Shown piece after piece: positions 1-10,054 of a stretch of 64,000 bases of DNA. Positions within the stretch are counted from its first letter, which is position 1; each line of letters begins with the position of its first letter. The notes under the pieces were generated by a model. It made no database searches. It was given only the letters and a program-made list of their open reading frames with translations, and was not told the DNA's origin. Position numbers and translations under genes: made by a program. The DNA is from a bacterium (lineage in GTDB: Bacteria; UBA8248; JACPRG01; G963555815). Where the stretch lies: contig CBDHDG010000006.1 in NCBI GenBank assembly GCA_965261595.1, forward strand, positions 288,001 through 352,000, in the 5' to 3' direction.

Positions 1-161
1 GCAATCAGGGGGCGGAATCGAGGTCCCGCCGGCCGACTAGTTGATTGGCGGGTTGCCGGACAGGTCTCCTCGACGGCGTTCGCCGCTTTGGACGCCTCAA
101 GCGACATTTTCGCGGACCTGTTCAACAGAGTGTATCACCGCTCGGCGGACTCGTGGATCCC

Positions 162-2401
162 ATGAGCCGATGGAAAAACCCGCGGGGCGGCGATTCGCCG
201 GACGCATCGTCCATCACGACACGTGAATCCATTCGCCTGGCCGGGTTGCAAGGCGCGCTCTTCGGTCTCTTTCTCGGGCTCGTTGAACCCTACCTGATTC
301 TCTTTCTGACTTTCTTTCAGCCGCATCTGGCAACGCGAGCGAGTGTCTTCCACCTCATCACAATCTCGGTGGTTACGAACGTGGTTGTCTGCGCGGTTCT
401 CGCGGTTCTCGCGGCATGGGCCGCCCATGGATGGCGTCTGCTCCGGAAGAAAAACACGACCCGGGCCTTTATCGTCTCCGTATGTTGGGCCGTCTTGATC
501 GTGTTGTTTCTACATTTCGCGGTCTCGGGTTACCTCAATCCGAAATTTCGATTCGCGCCGCATGGCACCTGGTTGAACCTGGCGATGAAGGGGCTCCTCC
601 CTTTGGCGGCGGTTGGCCTTGGGCTTTTCCTGCACCCCTGGCTGGCTACTCGACGTAAGCACCACTTCCTTCTTCCGATCGGTTGTCACGGCGGGCGGCC
701 TCGTCCTGTCGATGGGCTTGGCTCCGCTGCAAGTTCGGCGTGGTGGAAGAGCCGTTTCGGGGTCAGACCTGGCGCCGGGTGAATTCATCCCTGGCCCGCG
801 CACCGAACATGATCGTGATATTGGTTGACACCTTGCGGGCGGACCACCTTTCGGCTCACGGGCGCAACCGGCCCACTTCTCCGAACCTGGACCGCATCGC
901 CGGGGAAGGCGTGCTTTTCGAAAACGCCTTCGCCCATTCCAACTGGACACCTCCATCCACGGCCACCCTGTTGACGTCCCTTTATGAATCCGTTCACGGC
1001 GTCAATCAGGTGAAAGGATTCGTCCCAAACGAAATCACATCTCTCGCGGAGGTCCTGGGCCAAGCGGGTTATACATCCGCGTTCTGGTCCGCCAACACGC
1101 TGGTGGGAGCGCGGAACAATTACACACAAGGCTTCGACTACACGGATCAGATCTCGGAAGCCTATCAGGCCATCAAAGGCCGAAACCAACTGCCCTCCTA
1201 TCAACTTTACGCATGGCGAACCATCGCCTCCCGCTCCCCCACGGTCCTGCAGGTCCTCGGCGGTTTGAACGGTTTCTTCGAGAGCCTCATCAATGAGGTC
1301 GGTCTGGACATGGGAAATCCGGTCGAGGTCGACGAAGGGCTGCTGGTGAACTCCGTCAAGACATGGGCCGGCTATTTTCGGGCAAGAAAGGCGGATTGGA
1401 TGTACGAGCGGGTTCGGGCCTATCTGTCTTACATGACCGCCCGACCCGGATACGACCCCCGGCGGAACAAGTTTTTCCTCTATTTGCACTATTTCGACCC
1501 CCATACGCCGTACCGCCCTCCCGGGGCGTACAAACGCAGATTCGACCCGGGGTTCAAGGGCCGTTTGGCACCGCTGAAGCCGGGGGGGAAGAAGGTGTGC
1601 CGGCAGGCGGGGGGCGGCGCGGGCGCGGGGGGGTGCTCCGTGGAGTGGTTTCCGGGCAAGGGGGATCCGCCGCTCCGGCCCCGCGAGCTTGAGAATATGG
1701 TGGCGCAGTATGATGGAGAGATCCTGTTCCTGGATCGGTTCGTTGGAAAGCTCGTCGGGCGACTGAAAAAAACGGGACTGTTCGAGAATACCCTCCTCCT
1801 CATCACCTCAGACCACGGCGAGGCGTTTTGGGAGCACAAACAGTACGGCCACGGGCAGACGGTGTATCAAGAGGAGGTGCACATTCCGTTGATGGTCACC
1901 TGGCCGCGGAGGCTGCGGAGCGGGCTTCGCGTCCGGGACCCGGTGGGTTTGGTGGACATCATGCCCACCCTTTTGGAGGCGGCCGGGATTCCTCCGGTCC
2001 CTTGCATGCAAGGCCGGTCGTTTTGGAAGGTGATGTTGGGAAAAGCCCGCCGCCGGGAGGTCTACGGGGAGACAACGGATTACGACCATGCGAAACTGTT
2101 TCTGGTTCGGGATCACCTAAAGCTGATTTACGAGCTGGAGGGGCTGTTGAGCCCCGCCCGGAGTTACCGTGTGCGGAAAAGACTCTTGTTCGACCTGAGG
2201 GACGATCCGGGAGAGCGAAAGAACCTGCTCGGCCCCAAGGGGGCCGGAAACCCACCTGTCCGGGAAGCGGAATCTCTTCAAGCGTCGATGGACCGATGGT
2301 ACAAAACCGTTCGGCGGCCATGCCGCTTCTATCAGCCAAGCGAGGCGGACACGTCGAAGGACATCGAAGATCGGCTGAAGGCATTGGGATACATTGATTA
2401 G
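162..2401 (+). CDS. Membrane-anchored sulfatase-like hydrolase/transferase (alkaline phosphatase superfamily); N-terminal TM region split from the catalytic domain by about two frameshifts near 660-800
   Basis: ORF 45..782 has several TM helices; frame 613..828 supplies another; ORF 683..2401 has PNMIVILVDTLRADHLS, WTPPSTATLLT, HYFDPHTPY, ITSDHGE and C-terminal RLKALGYID. Confidence 0.8.
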
Positions 2402-2435
2402 CCGGTCCCGCCCCGCATTCCAAGGGAGGCCCGAT

Positions 2436-3050
2436 TTGCCCGCACCCGCGCGCTTGACATACATCCAGTGCGTCCACTGAGCCTGGTGCTTTCTGGCGAC
2501 CGGGCGGTTGCACGACGTGAAGAAAACCTATCGGGACCGGCTCGAGATCCGGTACAAGACCTTCCTCCTGGCCCCCACGCCGGAAGCCCGATCGCTCAGC
2601 AAGGAAGAGATCCTCGGCCATTGGGCCATGGTCAAGGAACACCCGGGGGGCGAGCGGGTCAACCCCGCGCTCATGGCGACCCGCGATTTCCCCTACCCCC
2701 ACTCCATGCCCGGCGCGGTGGCCATCAAGGCGGCCGCGGCCCAGGGCCCGGAGGCCGAAGCCCGCTACGTCGAGCGGATCGAGGAGGCCCACTTGGTGGA
2801 CTGCCTCGACATCGCCGATGATGGCGTCCTCATCGGCCTCGCCCGCGACCTCGGGCTGGACGTCCCCCGGTTCGAGGACCTCTACCGGAACGCCGATTTG
2901 GAAGGGGCCGTCCGGCGCGACCAGCAGGAGGCCTCGGAGCGGGGAATCCACTCCACCCCCACCGTCGTCCTGCCCGACGGACGCGTCGCCGTGGGCGCCC
3001 AGCCCAAAAATATTTACGAGACCATCATCCAGGAGCTTTTGGGGAGCTGA
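2436..3050 (+). CDS. DsbA/FrnE-family thioredoxin-fold protein, probable selenoprotein (CVH-U-AWC)
   Basis: SD AGGGAGG, then TTG 2436 in frame with ORF 2508..3050; reads MPAPARLTYIQCVH*AWCFLATGRL with TGA 2478-2480 at the first Cys of the usual CPWC motif; C-terminal GIHSTPT and VGAQP are typical of FrnE. Confidence 0.85.
2496..2511 (+). promoter_or_regulatory. Putative SECIS hairpin for the DsbA-like gene
   Basis: GCGACC-GGGC-GGTTGC stem-loop; G-starting loop 21 nt after the UGA. Confidence 0.6.
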
Positions 3051-3057
3051 TCCGCCC

Positions 3058-3101
3058 GAATCAACCGATTCGTGGAATCCACCGATTCGTGGAATCAACC
3101 G
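3058..3101. repeat. 17-bp tandem repeat, about 2.6 copies, each a mini-hairpin
   Basis: GAATCAACCGATTCGTG / GAATCCACCGATTCGTG / GAATCAACCG; GAATC...GATTC is self-complementary. Confidence 0.85.
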
Positions 3102-3154
3102 GCCATTCCGAGGTTATAGAGAGAAACGCCTCATTCCTGTCTCGGGAGACCAGA

Positions 3155-4297
3155 ATGATGAGATCTTTCACGACGCTGACGCTGGCGGCGGTCCTGAGTC
3201 TGGGCGCCGGGGTCGCCGGTCCGGGCGTTGAAACCGTTCTGGCCGCAGGCGACAAACCGCTCTTCTCCACTTCGGGGTGGAAGACAAACTTCAAGAAGCA
3301 TTCGGTTTCTTATAAGGAGATCCTCTCCGGAGGCCCGCCGAAGGACGGCATCCCCGCCGTGGATAAGCCGAAGTTCGTGTCCCAGGAATCGGCCGACAAG
3401 TGGGTCAAAGACATCGAGCCCGTCGTCGTCATCGAGCACCAGGGAAAGGCCAAGGCCTATCCCCTCCAGATCCTGACCTGGCACGAGATTGTCAACGACA
3501 CCCTGAACGGCCTTCCGGTGGCGGTCACCTTCTGTCCGCTCTGCAACGCGGCCATCGCCTTCGACCGCAGGCTGGACGGACGCCTGCTCGATTTCGGCAC
3601 GACCGGAAAGCTCCGGAACAGCGACCTCGTCATGTACGACCGCCAGACCGAATCGTGGTGGCAGCAGTTCACGGGCGAGGCCATCATCGGCGACCTTACC
3701 GGCAAAAAGCTGAAAATGGTCCCGGCGGCCCTCGTGGGGTTCGGCCACTTTAAGAAGTCCTATCCAGGCGCGCCGGTCCTGTCGAAAGACACCGGCCACA
3801 GGCGGCCCTACGGCCGGAATCCCTACGTCGGCTACGACAACATCAAGGGTGTCCCCTTCCTGTTCCGCGGACCGACGGACAAGCGGCTCCCGCCGATGGA
3901 GCGCATCGTGGCGGTAACCCTCGGCGACACCGACAAGGCCTACCCCTACTCGGTCCTGGCGAAACACCGCGTCGTGAATGACCGGGTGGGGCGCCGGGAC
4001 ATCGTCGTCTTTCACGCCGACGGCGCCGCCTCCGCCCTGGGCGGCGCGAAGATCGCCTCGGCCAGGGACATCGGAGCCACCGGGGTGTTCGACCCGAACC
4101 TGAATGGCCAAAAGCTGACCTTCCAACCGGACCCGAAGGGCATACGCGACGTCCAGACCGGAAGCCGCTGGAACATCCTCGGCCTTGCGGTGGACGGCCC
4201 CCTGAAGGGGAAGAGGCTGAAGCCCATCCTCCACGGCAACCACTTCGCCTTCTCGTGGTTCGCCTTCAAACCGAAAAGCGCCGTCCACCTGCCCTGA
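3155..4297 (+). CDS. DUF3179 domain exported protein
   Basis: Signal peptide; SGGPPKDGIPAVD, WHEIVND, TFCPLCN, GKLRNSDLVMYDRQTESWWQQ motifs. Confidence 0.9.
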   Translation: MMRSFTTLTLAAVLSLGAGVAGPGVETVLAAGDKPLFSTSGWKTNFKKHSVSYKEILSGGPPKDGIPAVDKPKFVSQESADKWVKDIEPVVVIEHQGKAKAYPLQILTWHEIVNDTLNGLPVAVTFCPLCNAAIAFDRRLDGRLLDFGTTGKLRNSDLVMYDRQTESWWQQFTGEAIIGDLTGKKLKMVPAALVGFGHFKKSYPGAPVLSKDTGHRRPYGRNPYVGYDNIKGVPFLFRGPTDKRLPPMERIVAVTLGDTDKAYPYSVLAKHRVVNDRVGRRDIVVFHADGAASALGGAKIASARDIGATGVFDPNLNGQKLTFQPDPKGIRDVQTGSRWNILGLAVDGPLKGKRLKPILHGNHFAFSWFAFKPKSAVHLP

Positions 4298-4339
4298 GCC
4301 TTTTTTTGACAAAAGCAACGGCCCCATGGCCCACGGGGG

Positions 4340-4816
4340 TCAGTCCCGCCGCAGAAGAATCCGGAACACCAGAACATGGCTCACCAGGAGCGCGGGCACG
4401 ATGACCGTGGGGATGTAATACGCGGGTCCCAATTGTGCGATCACTCCCAGGCGCGTCCCCTGAAACACCGCGTACAGCAAGTCCAGCGTTCCCTCGATGT
4501 TGAAGACCCAGACGAGGGGGAGCGCAAGAACAGAGCCGGCTCGCAAGAAACCCAGGGCGATGAGCGCGAGGATCGCCGCGGCCAGGTCCCCGTACGCGGC
4601 GGGGTTCGCAAACGCCCCGGGCAGGCTTGGAGAAACCACCCCCGGCACCAGGAAAATCAGACCGACGTACCGGAAGGCGTGAAAAAGCAAAAAGGGCGTG
4701 AGCGCCGCCTCCCTGGGCATCGCTTTCAGGCGCGGCGCGATGTACCACTTGGCGATCAGCCCATAGACCACCAGACTGGAAACGAAGCTGATTAAAAAGA
4801 TCAAACTATTATCCAT
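4340..4816 (-). CDS. Hypothetical integral membrane protein
   Basis: 158 aa, about 5 hydrophobic segments, SD upstream. Confidence 0.75.
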   Translation of the reverse strand: MDNSLIFLISFVSSLVVYGLIAKWYIAPRLKAMPREAALTPFLLFHAFRYVGLIFLVPGVVSPSLPGAFANPAAYGDLAAAILALIALGFLRAGSVLALPLVWVFNIEGTLDLLYAVFQGTRLGVIAQLGPAYYIPTVIVPALLVSHVLVFRILLRRD

Positions 4817-5079
4817 GGGATTCCCCTCCTATGGGTCGGTAGGTTTTCATCGAACCATCGGGCGCGCCACGCAATTCAGCAACCGTCTTAATCAACGGGG
4901 AGCCGTTCAAGACAAGGACTCCGCCCACGGTCCGAAGAACGACTTCCGCGGCTTTACTCGAAATCCTGGACGACTTCGGAAAAAACCCGGAACCTCGAAC
5001 GGCTTTGGGGGACTCCTGAATCCCGACCCGGGAGGGCTTCGCGGGCAGTTGAGTGCATATACACTGACATCTCAAATCA

Positions 5080-5526
5080 CTACTCCCCGCGGGTCACGTC
5101 CACCACATTCGACAAGTTTGTCAGCAAGGAATAGAACCGCTCTTCTCCCAATCCCTCGACCATGCGGACCTGCACCTCCTTCCAGATCGGGGTCGCCTTC
5201 GCCAACGCCTGACGACCCCGCTTCGTCAGCGTAACCGTCCGGGTCCGCCGGTCCTCACCCGGCACGACCTTGAGATAACCCCGCCGCTCCAACGGCTTCA
5301 GATCCCGCGTCAGGGTCGTGCGATCCATCACCAGCGCTTCGGCCAGCCGGCTGATGGTCGAAGCGCCAAGCCGCCTCAAGACCGCAAGGATGCTGAACTG
5401 GGTGACCCGGAGCCCGACCGCTTGCAGCGCCCGGTCGTAGGATTGCGTGACCGCGCGCCCCGCCTTTCTCAGGTTGAAGCACACGCAGGCCTTCCGTTCC
5501 ATCAGGGGGGTTGATTGATTCATCAT
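5080..5526 (-). CDS. MarR-family transcriptional regulator
   Basis: CVCFNLRKAGRAVTQSYD, TQFSIL, MDRTTLTRDL, EDRRTRTVTLT winged helix. Confidence 0.93.
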   Translation of the reverse strand: MMNQSTPLMERKACVCFNLRKAGRAVTQSYDRALQAVGLRVTQFSILAVLRRLGASTISRLAEALVMDRTTLTRDLKPLERRGYLKVVPGEDRRTRTVTLTKRGRQALAKATPIWKEVQVRMVEGLGEERFYSLLTNLSNVVDVTRGE

Positions 5527-5625
5527 ATTATGAGTATATACACCTATTTATAACCTGTCAAGCGCTTTTTCGATCACCGGGCGACGCCGGGGCCGGTCGG
5601 CCCTTCAAGAGGACGGAGGGGATTT

Positions 5626-7134
5626 TCAGGACTGTAGGGCCGGCCGCGGAGCGATTTTCAAGAGCAGAAAGATCCGCTGGTCTCCCCGCTGAATGAGGAG
5701 GAGGGTCTCCCCGCCCTTCAACCCCTGAAGGATTTCCCGCATTCCCTTTTCGGACCGGACGGCCTGCAAACCGATGGAGCGAACGATGTCTCCGCGTCTC
5801 ACTCCGGCCCGGTCCGCGGCGCTTCCGGGGTCCACGGCGCCGACAATCAGGCCGGCCGGGTCTTCGAGCCCCAGCCGGGAGGCCATGGAGGGTGAGAGCG
5901 GGCGAAGGTCCAACCCAAAGGGCGGGTGAGCCGGCTTGGCCGGTTTGGACGGACCGATTTTGGAAGTCGTCCGGGATTCCCGCAGCTCCCGGACCATTAC
6001 CGGGATCACCAGGCTCTCTCCGCCGCGAAAGACCTGAAGGGGCGTGGGCGCTCCGATCCCCGCCCGCGCCAAGGCCCTTCCGAAATCCTGGCTCCCCCGC
6101 AGGGGGAGACCGCCCAGGGACAAAATCACATCACCGGCCCGAAGGCCCGCCCGCCCGGCCGGCCCCCCTTCCCGGACGCGGGCGATCAGAACCCCTCCCT
6201 TCCCCGCCCGTGGAAGTCTGAAATAGCGCGCCAGCTCCGGGTCCATCTCCTGAATCGAGACTCCGATCCAACCCCGCCGGACCCGGCCGTGCGCGCGAAG
6301 GTCGGGGAGCAGGCGCCTCACCAGATTGATGGGGATGGCGAAGCCGATCCCGGGCGCGCCCGAGACGACGGCCGTGTTCACGCCGATGACCTCTCCCCGA
6401 AGGTTCAAAAGCGGTCCGCCGCTGTTGCCCCTGTGGATGGGGGCGTCTGTCTGGAGGTATCCGCTGAAGATCGCGCCCTCCAGCGCCCTCCCCTTCGCGC
6501 TCAGGATTCCGGCCGTCACGGTCTCCTCCAGACCGAAGGGGTTTCCGATCGCCAGGACCCAATCGCCGACGCGGGCCCCGGCGGAATCACCGAGGCGCGC
6601 GCCCGGCAGCGATTTTTTCGAATGAATCCGCAGCAGGGCCAGGTCCGTCAGGGGGTCCGCGCCGACCAGGCTCGCCTGCCGCCACTCGCCTCAGTAGAGC
6701 CTGACCCGAATCTCGGCGGCGCCCTCGACAACGTGGTGGTTCGTCAGGATCTCTCCCCGGGCGCCGATGAGGAAGCCCATCCCGGTTCCCCCCTCCCCCC
6801 CTCCTCCCCCGAAAGAGGGCCTTTCGCCCGCCGCGGTCTCGGCCGGGCCGGCCGCGTCCCGGTTTTCAAACATCCGGTCGAAGAACTCTCTCAGGTCGGT
6901 CGACAGCCCGCCCCTTCTCGCCCGGACGCCCGGGTTTCGGGTGCTGACGTGCACCACCGAGGGCCGGAGCCCGTCGGCCAGCCCGGCGAAACCGGGCGGG
7001 GCCGCCCGCCGCGCCCTTCCTTCCACGGGAGGGGGGCCTTGCCCCGCGCGCGGCGGCGAGAGAGGCCCCGCGGCGCAGGACCCGAGCACCCAGCCCGAGA
7101 GCGCGAATGCCGCCCAACGGGCGGCGTTGGACAT
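5626..7134 (-). pseudogene. HtrA/DegP-family serine protease (lipoprotein-like signal, trypsin + 2 PDZ) interrupted by one in-frame TGA at 6691-6693
   Basis: ORFs 6691..7371 and 5626..6519 share a frame; ILTNHHVV...[27 protein letters not shown]...[15 protein letters not shown]. Confidence 0.8.
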
Positions 7135-7309
7135 GGGTCGATTCGGCATTACCGAGAACCTTCCCCGTCGCCGCGGGCGCTCCGCCCTCGGCCGGATAAA
7201 AGGAAAAGCCCGAGAGCACCTGCGGGCCCTCGGGCTTGCGTTGAACGTTGAACCATCGAAACATCCCCACGCGGATGCTTCCTCCCATCGCGGCCGGACC
7301 GCAACGGGA

Positions 7310-7765
7310 TCAGGTATAGTGGCCGAGCACGAATTCCAGCTTCGTCTTCCCCTCGGGCAGGGGAACGACAATCGCCTCTTTGTCGCAGAACGCCTCGCAC
7401 AGTTGGCATCCTACACACTCCTTCTCATGCACCTTGGCCACCACCTGGACGTCTTCCCAGCCCTCGGCGTCTTCGAGGCTGATGCAATCGAACGGGCAGA
7501 TTTCGACACAGTAGTTGCAACCGTTGCACAACTCTTCGATCACAATCGCCTTGGGCATCTCTTTGGGCCGGATTCGGGGAATGACCTTCCCGTCTTCGTC
7601 CAGGATGCATTCCACCGGGCAAAAGCGGCCGCAGACATCGCAGTCGATGCACAAACCCGGGTCGATGACGTACAACTGGTCCCGCCGGCCGGTAATCGCG
7701 TCCGTCGGGCACTTAATCTCACAGATGCTGCAACCGATACACGTATCCGCGATGAAGTGAGCCAT
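7310..7765 (-). CDS. Polyferredoxin (four 4Fe-4S motifs)
   Basis: Four CxxCxxCxxxC motifs in 151 aa from ATG 7765. Confidence 0.92.
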   Translation of the reverse strand: MAHFIADTCIGCSICEIKCPTDAITGRRDQLYVIDPGLCIDCDVCGRFCPVECILDEDGKVIPRIRPKEMPKAIVIEELCNGCNYCVEICPFDCISLEDAEGWEDVQVVAKVHEKECVGCQLCEAFCDKEAIVVPLPEGKTKLEFVLGHYT

Positions 7766-7941
7766 GCGAACCTTCCGTTTTCGCGCGAGTGGTCGGGCGT
7801 AGGCGCTCCACACCGCACCTTTAACCCCACTAAGTCGAGTATAGGAAGGGGTGGCCGGGCTGTCAACGCAGATTTCGACTTGACCCGCTCCTGTATGCCG
7901 GTCCATATTGAGAGGGTCCTATCACGGAGGAATGAGACGAC

Positions 7942-8109
7942 ATGGAACAATTTCTGGAAATCTTCCTGAAACCGGATAACATCCCGATTTCCGCGATGGT
8001 GCCAATCATCATCTTCACGATTTGGCTCTCCCTCAAACAGGCCTTCGCAAACGACAGGCTCATCAAGGCAGGCAAGAAGGATCAAATCTACGACGACATG
8101 ATGAAATAG
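7942..8109 (+). CDS. Small 55-aa membrane protein (absent from the ORF track)
   Basis: GGAGG SD; MEQFLEIFLKPDNIPISAMVPIIIFTIWLSLKQAFANDRLIKAGKKDQIYDDMMK; one TM helix. Confidence 0.75.
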   Translation: MEQFLEIFLKPDNIPISAMVPIIIFTIWLSLKQAFANDRLIKAGKKDQIYDDMMK

Positions 8110-8214
8110 GGAAAATCTTCCGCTCCGGCGTCATCCCCCCCGCCCTCATGACACACCCAACGCTGTCCATCCGGGACCGGGCCGCTGTATCGGAACTGTC
8201 GGCGGAACGCACCC

Positions 8215-8760
8215 ATGCTCGGCATCATCGCAGTTTCATTGTTTCTCGGTTTCATCCTGATCTTCCTGTTGAAGCGCTCCTCCGCGCCCATCGCGATGGA
8301 AGAGGCCTTTTACCGGCAGGACGTCCCCGGAACGGCGGCGTTTGGGGAGATGATTCCGGAAGAGTTCAAAGAAATATGCGTGGACCTCGTGGAGGCCTTA
8401 GAGTTGCGGGTCCAATCGGTGGAGTCTGAAAAGCCGGGCGTCATCAACATCACGGCGGTCTACGACCACCCTGTTCTGGGCGGAACCTACCTGGTCAGCG
8501 GCCTCCTGTCCCCCACGGACCAAGTCGTGGACTCGGCCCCGGTCCTCGGCCTCAGCAGCGCCGTCCACCAGGAGCGCGCCATGAAGGGGATCTTCATCAC
8601 AACCGGCTTCTTCTCGCAGGAGGTGGACAAGATTGTGGAAGGGGCGCCCGTTGAATTGATCAACAGGGATCGCCTCGCCGACCTCCTGGAGGAGCATGGG
8701 ATCGCGAGAATGGAAAAACGGCTAACCGAACAGAACCCAGGAGAACACCGCGAGGAGTAA
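8215..8760 (+). CDS. Membrane-anchored Mrr-cat (restriction-endonuclease-like) domain protein
   Basis: N-terminal TM; FKEICVDL, KGIFITTGFFS, VELINRDRLADLL. Confidence 0.75.
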   Translation: MLGIIAVSLFLGFILIFLLKRSSAPIAMEEAFYRQDVPGTAAFGEMIPEEFKEICVDLVEALELRVQSVESEKPGVINITAVYDHPVLGGTYLVSGLLSPTDQVVDSAPVLGLSSAVHQERAMKGIFITTGFFSQEVDKIVEGAPVELINRDRLADLLEEHGIARMEKRLTEQNPGEHREE

Positions 8761-9028
8761 CGTCAGGCCGAGACCCATCCGGACGGCGCAACCGTGCCAC
8801 CACAGATGCCGCCGCTGTGATTCTTCGGGGTCGCCCTCAGCAAAATGACGCATGTCGGCTCCTTCAGACAAAATACATTCAAATCCGCGAAGGGGCCATT
8901 GAGGCCCGAGTCAGGGGAATAAGCAAACAGATGCGCACCGTCCTGTCAAGACCATCGGGTCCGGGAAACGGCCGAGGCGGCCGGGATCGGCGCGCCCGCC
9001 CCCAGGAGACCGGACGCCGGAGGATCGC

Positions 9029-10024
9029 ATGAAGCTCGCCATCTTTGAAACCTTGCCGCAAGACCCCATCGGCCCCCGTCTGGGCCTCGTCCTGGATGAC
9101 GGGTCGGTCATCGACATGAACCTCGCGCTGACCATCGCCGAAGCCGGCCGGCGCGACCCCGGGGCCATTGCGCTGCGGACCCAATGGGCCCGAAACGGCG
9201 TCCTTGGATTCATCCGGGGCGAACAGAAGTCCGATGACGCCGCCAACCGGGTGATCGATCTCGTCCAATCCAGCCGGGAGAAAGGCGAGACGCTGAAAAG
9301 CGCGAAGGGCGCCGACGTCGTTCACCCGGCGGGCGGCGTGCGGTTTCACGCGCCCCTGCCCCGGCCGGGCAAGTTCGTCGCCATCGGCTTCAATTTCCAC
9401 GACCACATCGAGGAAAATCCGAACAAGCCCAGGGCCCGCTACCCCATGGGCTTCATTCAGGTCCCCCGGGCCATCACCGGGCACGAGGCCCCCATCGTCC
9501 ACCCCCGGCACACGAAGGAGGTGGATTACGAGGTGGAGATCGCCATCGTCATCGGCAAGGGCGGGAAGGACATCCCGGCGGAGCGGGCGATGGAGCACGT
9601 CGCCGGCTACACCATCTTCAACGACATCAGCGCCCGCGACCTTCAGCGCGGCGAGATGAAATTCGGCATGCTCTTCATGGGGAAAAACTTCGACGGCTTC
9701 GCGCCGATGGGACCGCACCTGGTCACCGCGGATGAAGTCCCCGACCCCGACGACCTGACGCTCCAGACCTGGGTCAACGACGAGCCCGATCCCCGGCAGG
9801 ACGGCAACACGCGGGACATGATCTTCAAAATGCCGGAGCTGATCTCCCACTGGTCGAAGATAACCCTCGAGCCCGGAGACATCATCTCCACGGGCACCCC
9901 ATCGGGCGTGGCGACGTTCCGCGAGCCCCGGGAGGATTATTATCTCAAACCCGGCGATACGGTGCGCTGCGTCGTGAGCCGCCTCGGCGAGCTCCGCAAC
10001 CCCATCGTGGCGGACACGGCGTAA
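9029..10024 (+). CDS. Fumarylacetoacetate hydrolase family protein
   Basis: DYEVEIAIVIG, GYTIFNDISARDLQ, GKNFDGFAPMGP, LEPGDIISTGTPSGV. Confidence 0.93.
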   Translation: MKLAIFETLPQDPIGPRLGLVLDDGSVIDMNLALTIAEAGRRDPGAIALRTQWARNGVLGFIRGEQKSDDAANRVIDLVQSSREKGETLKSAKGADVVHPAGGVRFHAPLPRPGKFVAIGFNFHDHIEENPNKPRARYPMGFIQVPRAITGHEAPIVHPRHTKEVDYEVEIAIVIGKGGKDIPAERAMEHVAGYTIFNDISARDLQRGEMKFGMLFMGKNFDGFAPMGPHLVTADEVPDPDDLTLQTWVNDEPDPRQDGNTRDMIFKMPELISHWSKITLEPGDIISTGTPSGVATFREPREDYYLKPGDTVRCVVSRLGELRNPIVADTA

Positions 10025-10054
10025 ACCGAAAGGCGCGGCGGACCCTTCTGTCGG

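Noticed and set aside
6691..6693. Selenocysteine in HtrA
   Set aside because: The position does not correspond to a Cys in the family, and no convincing SECIS follows.
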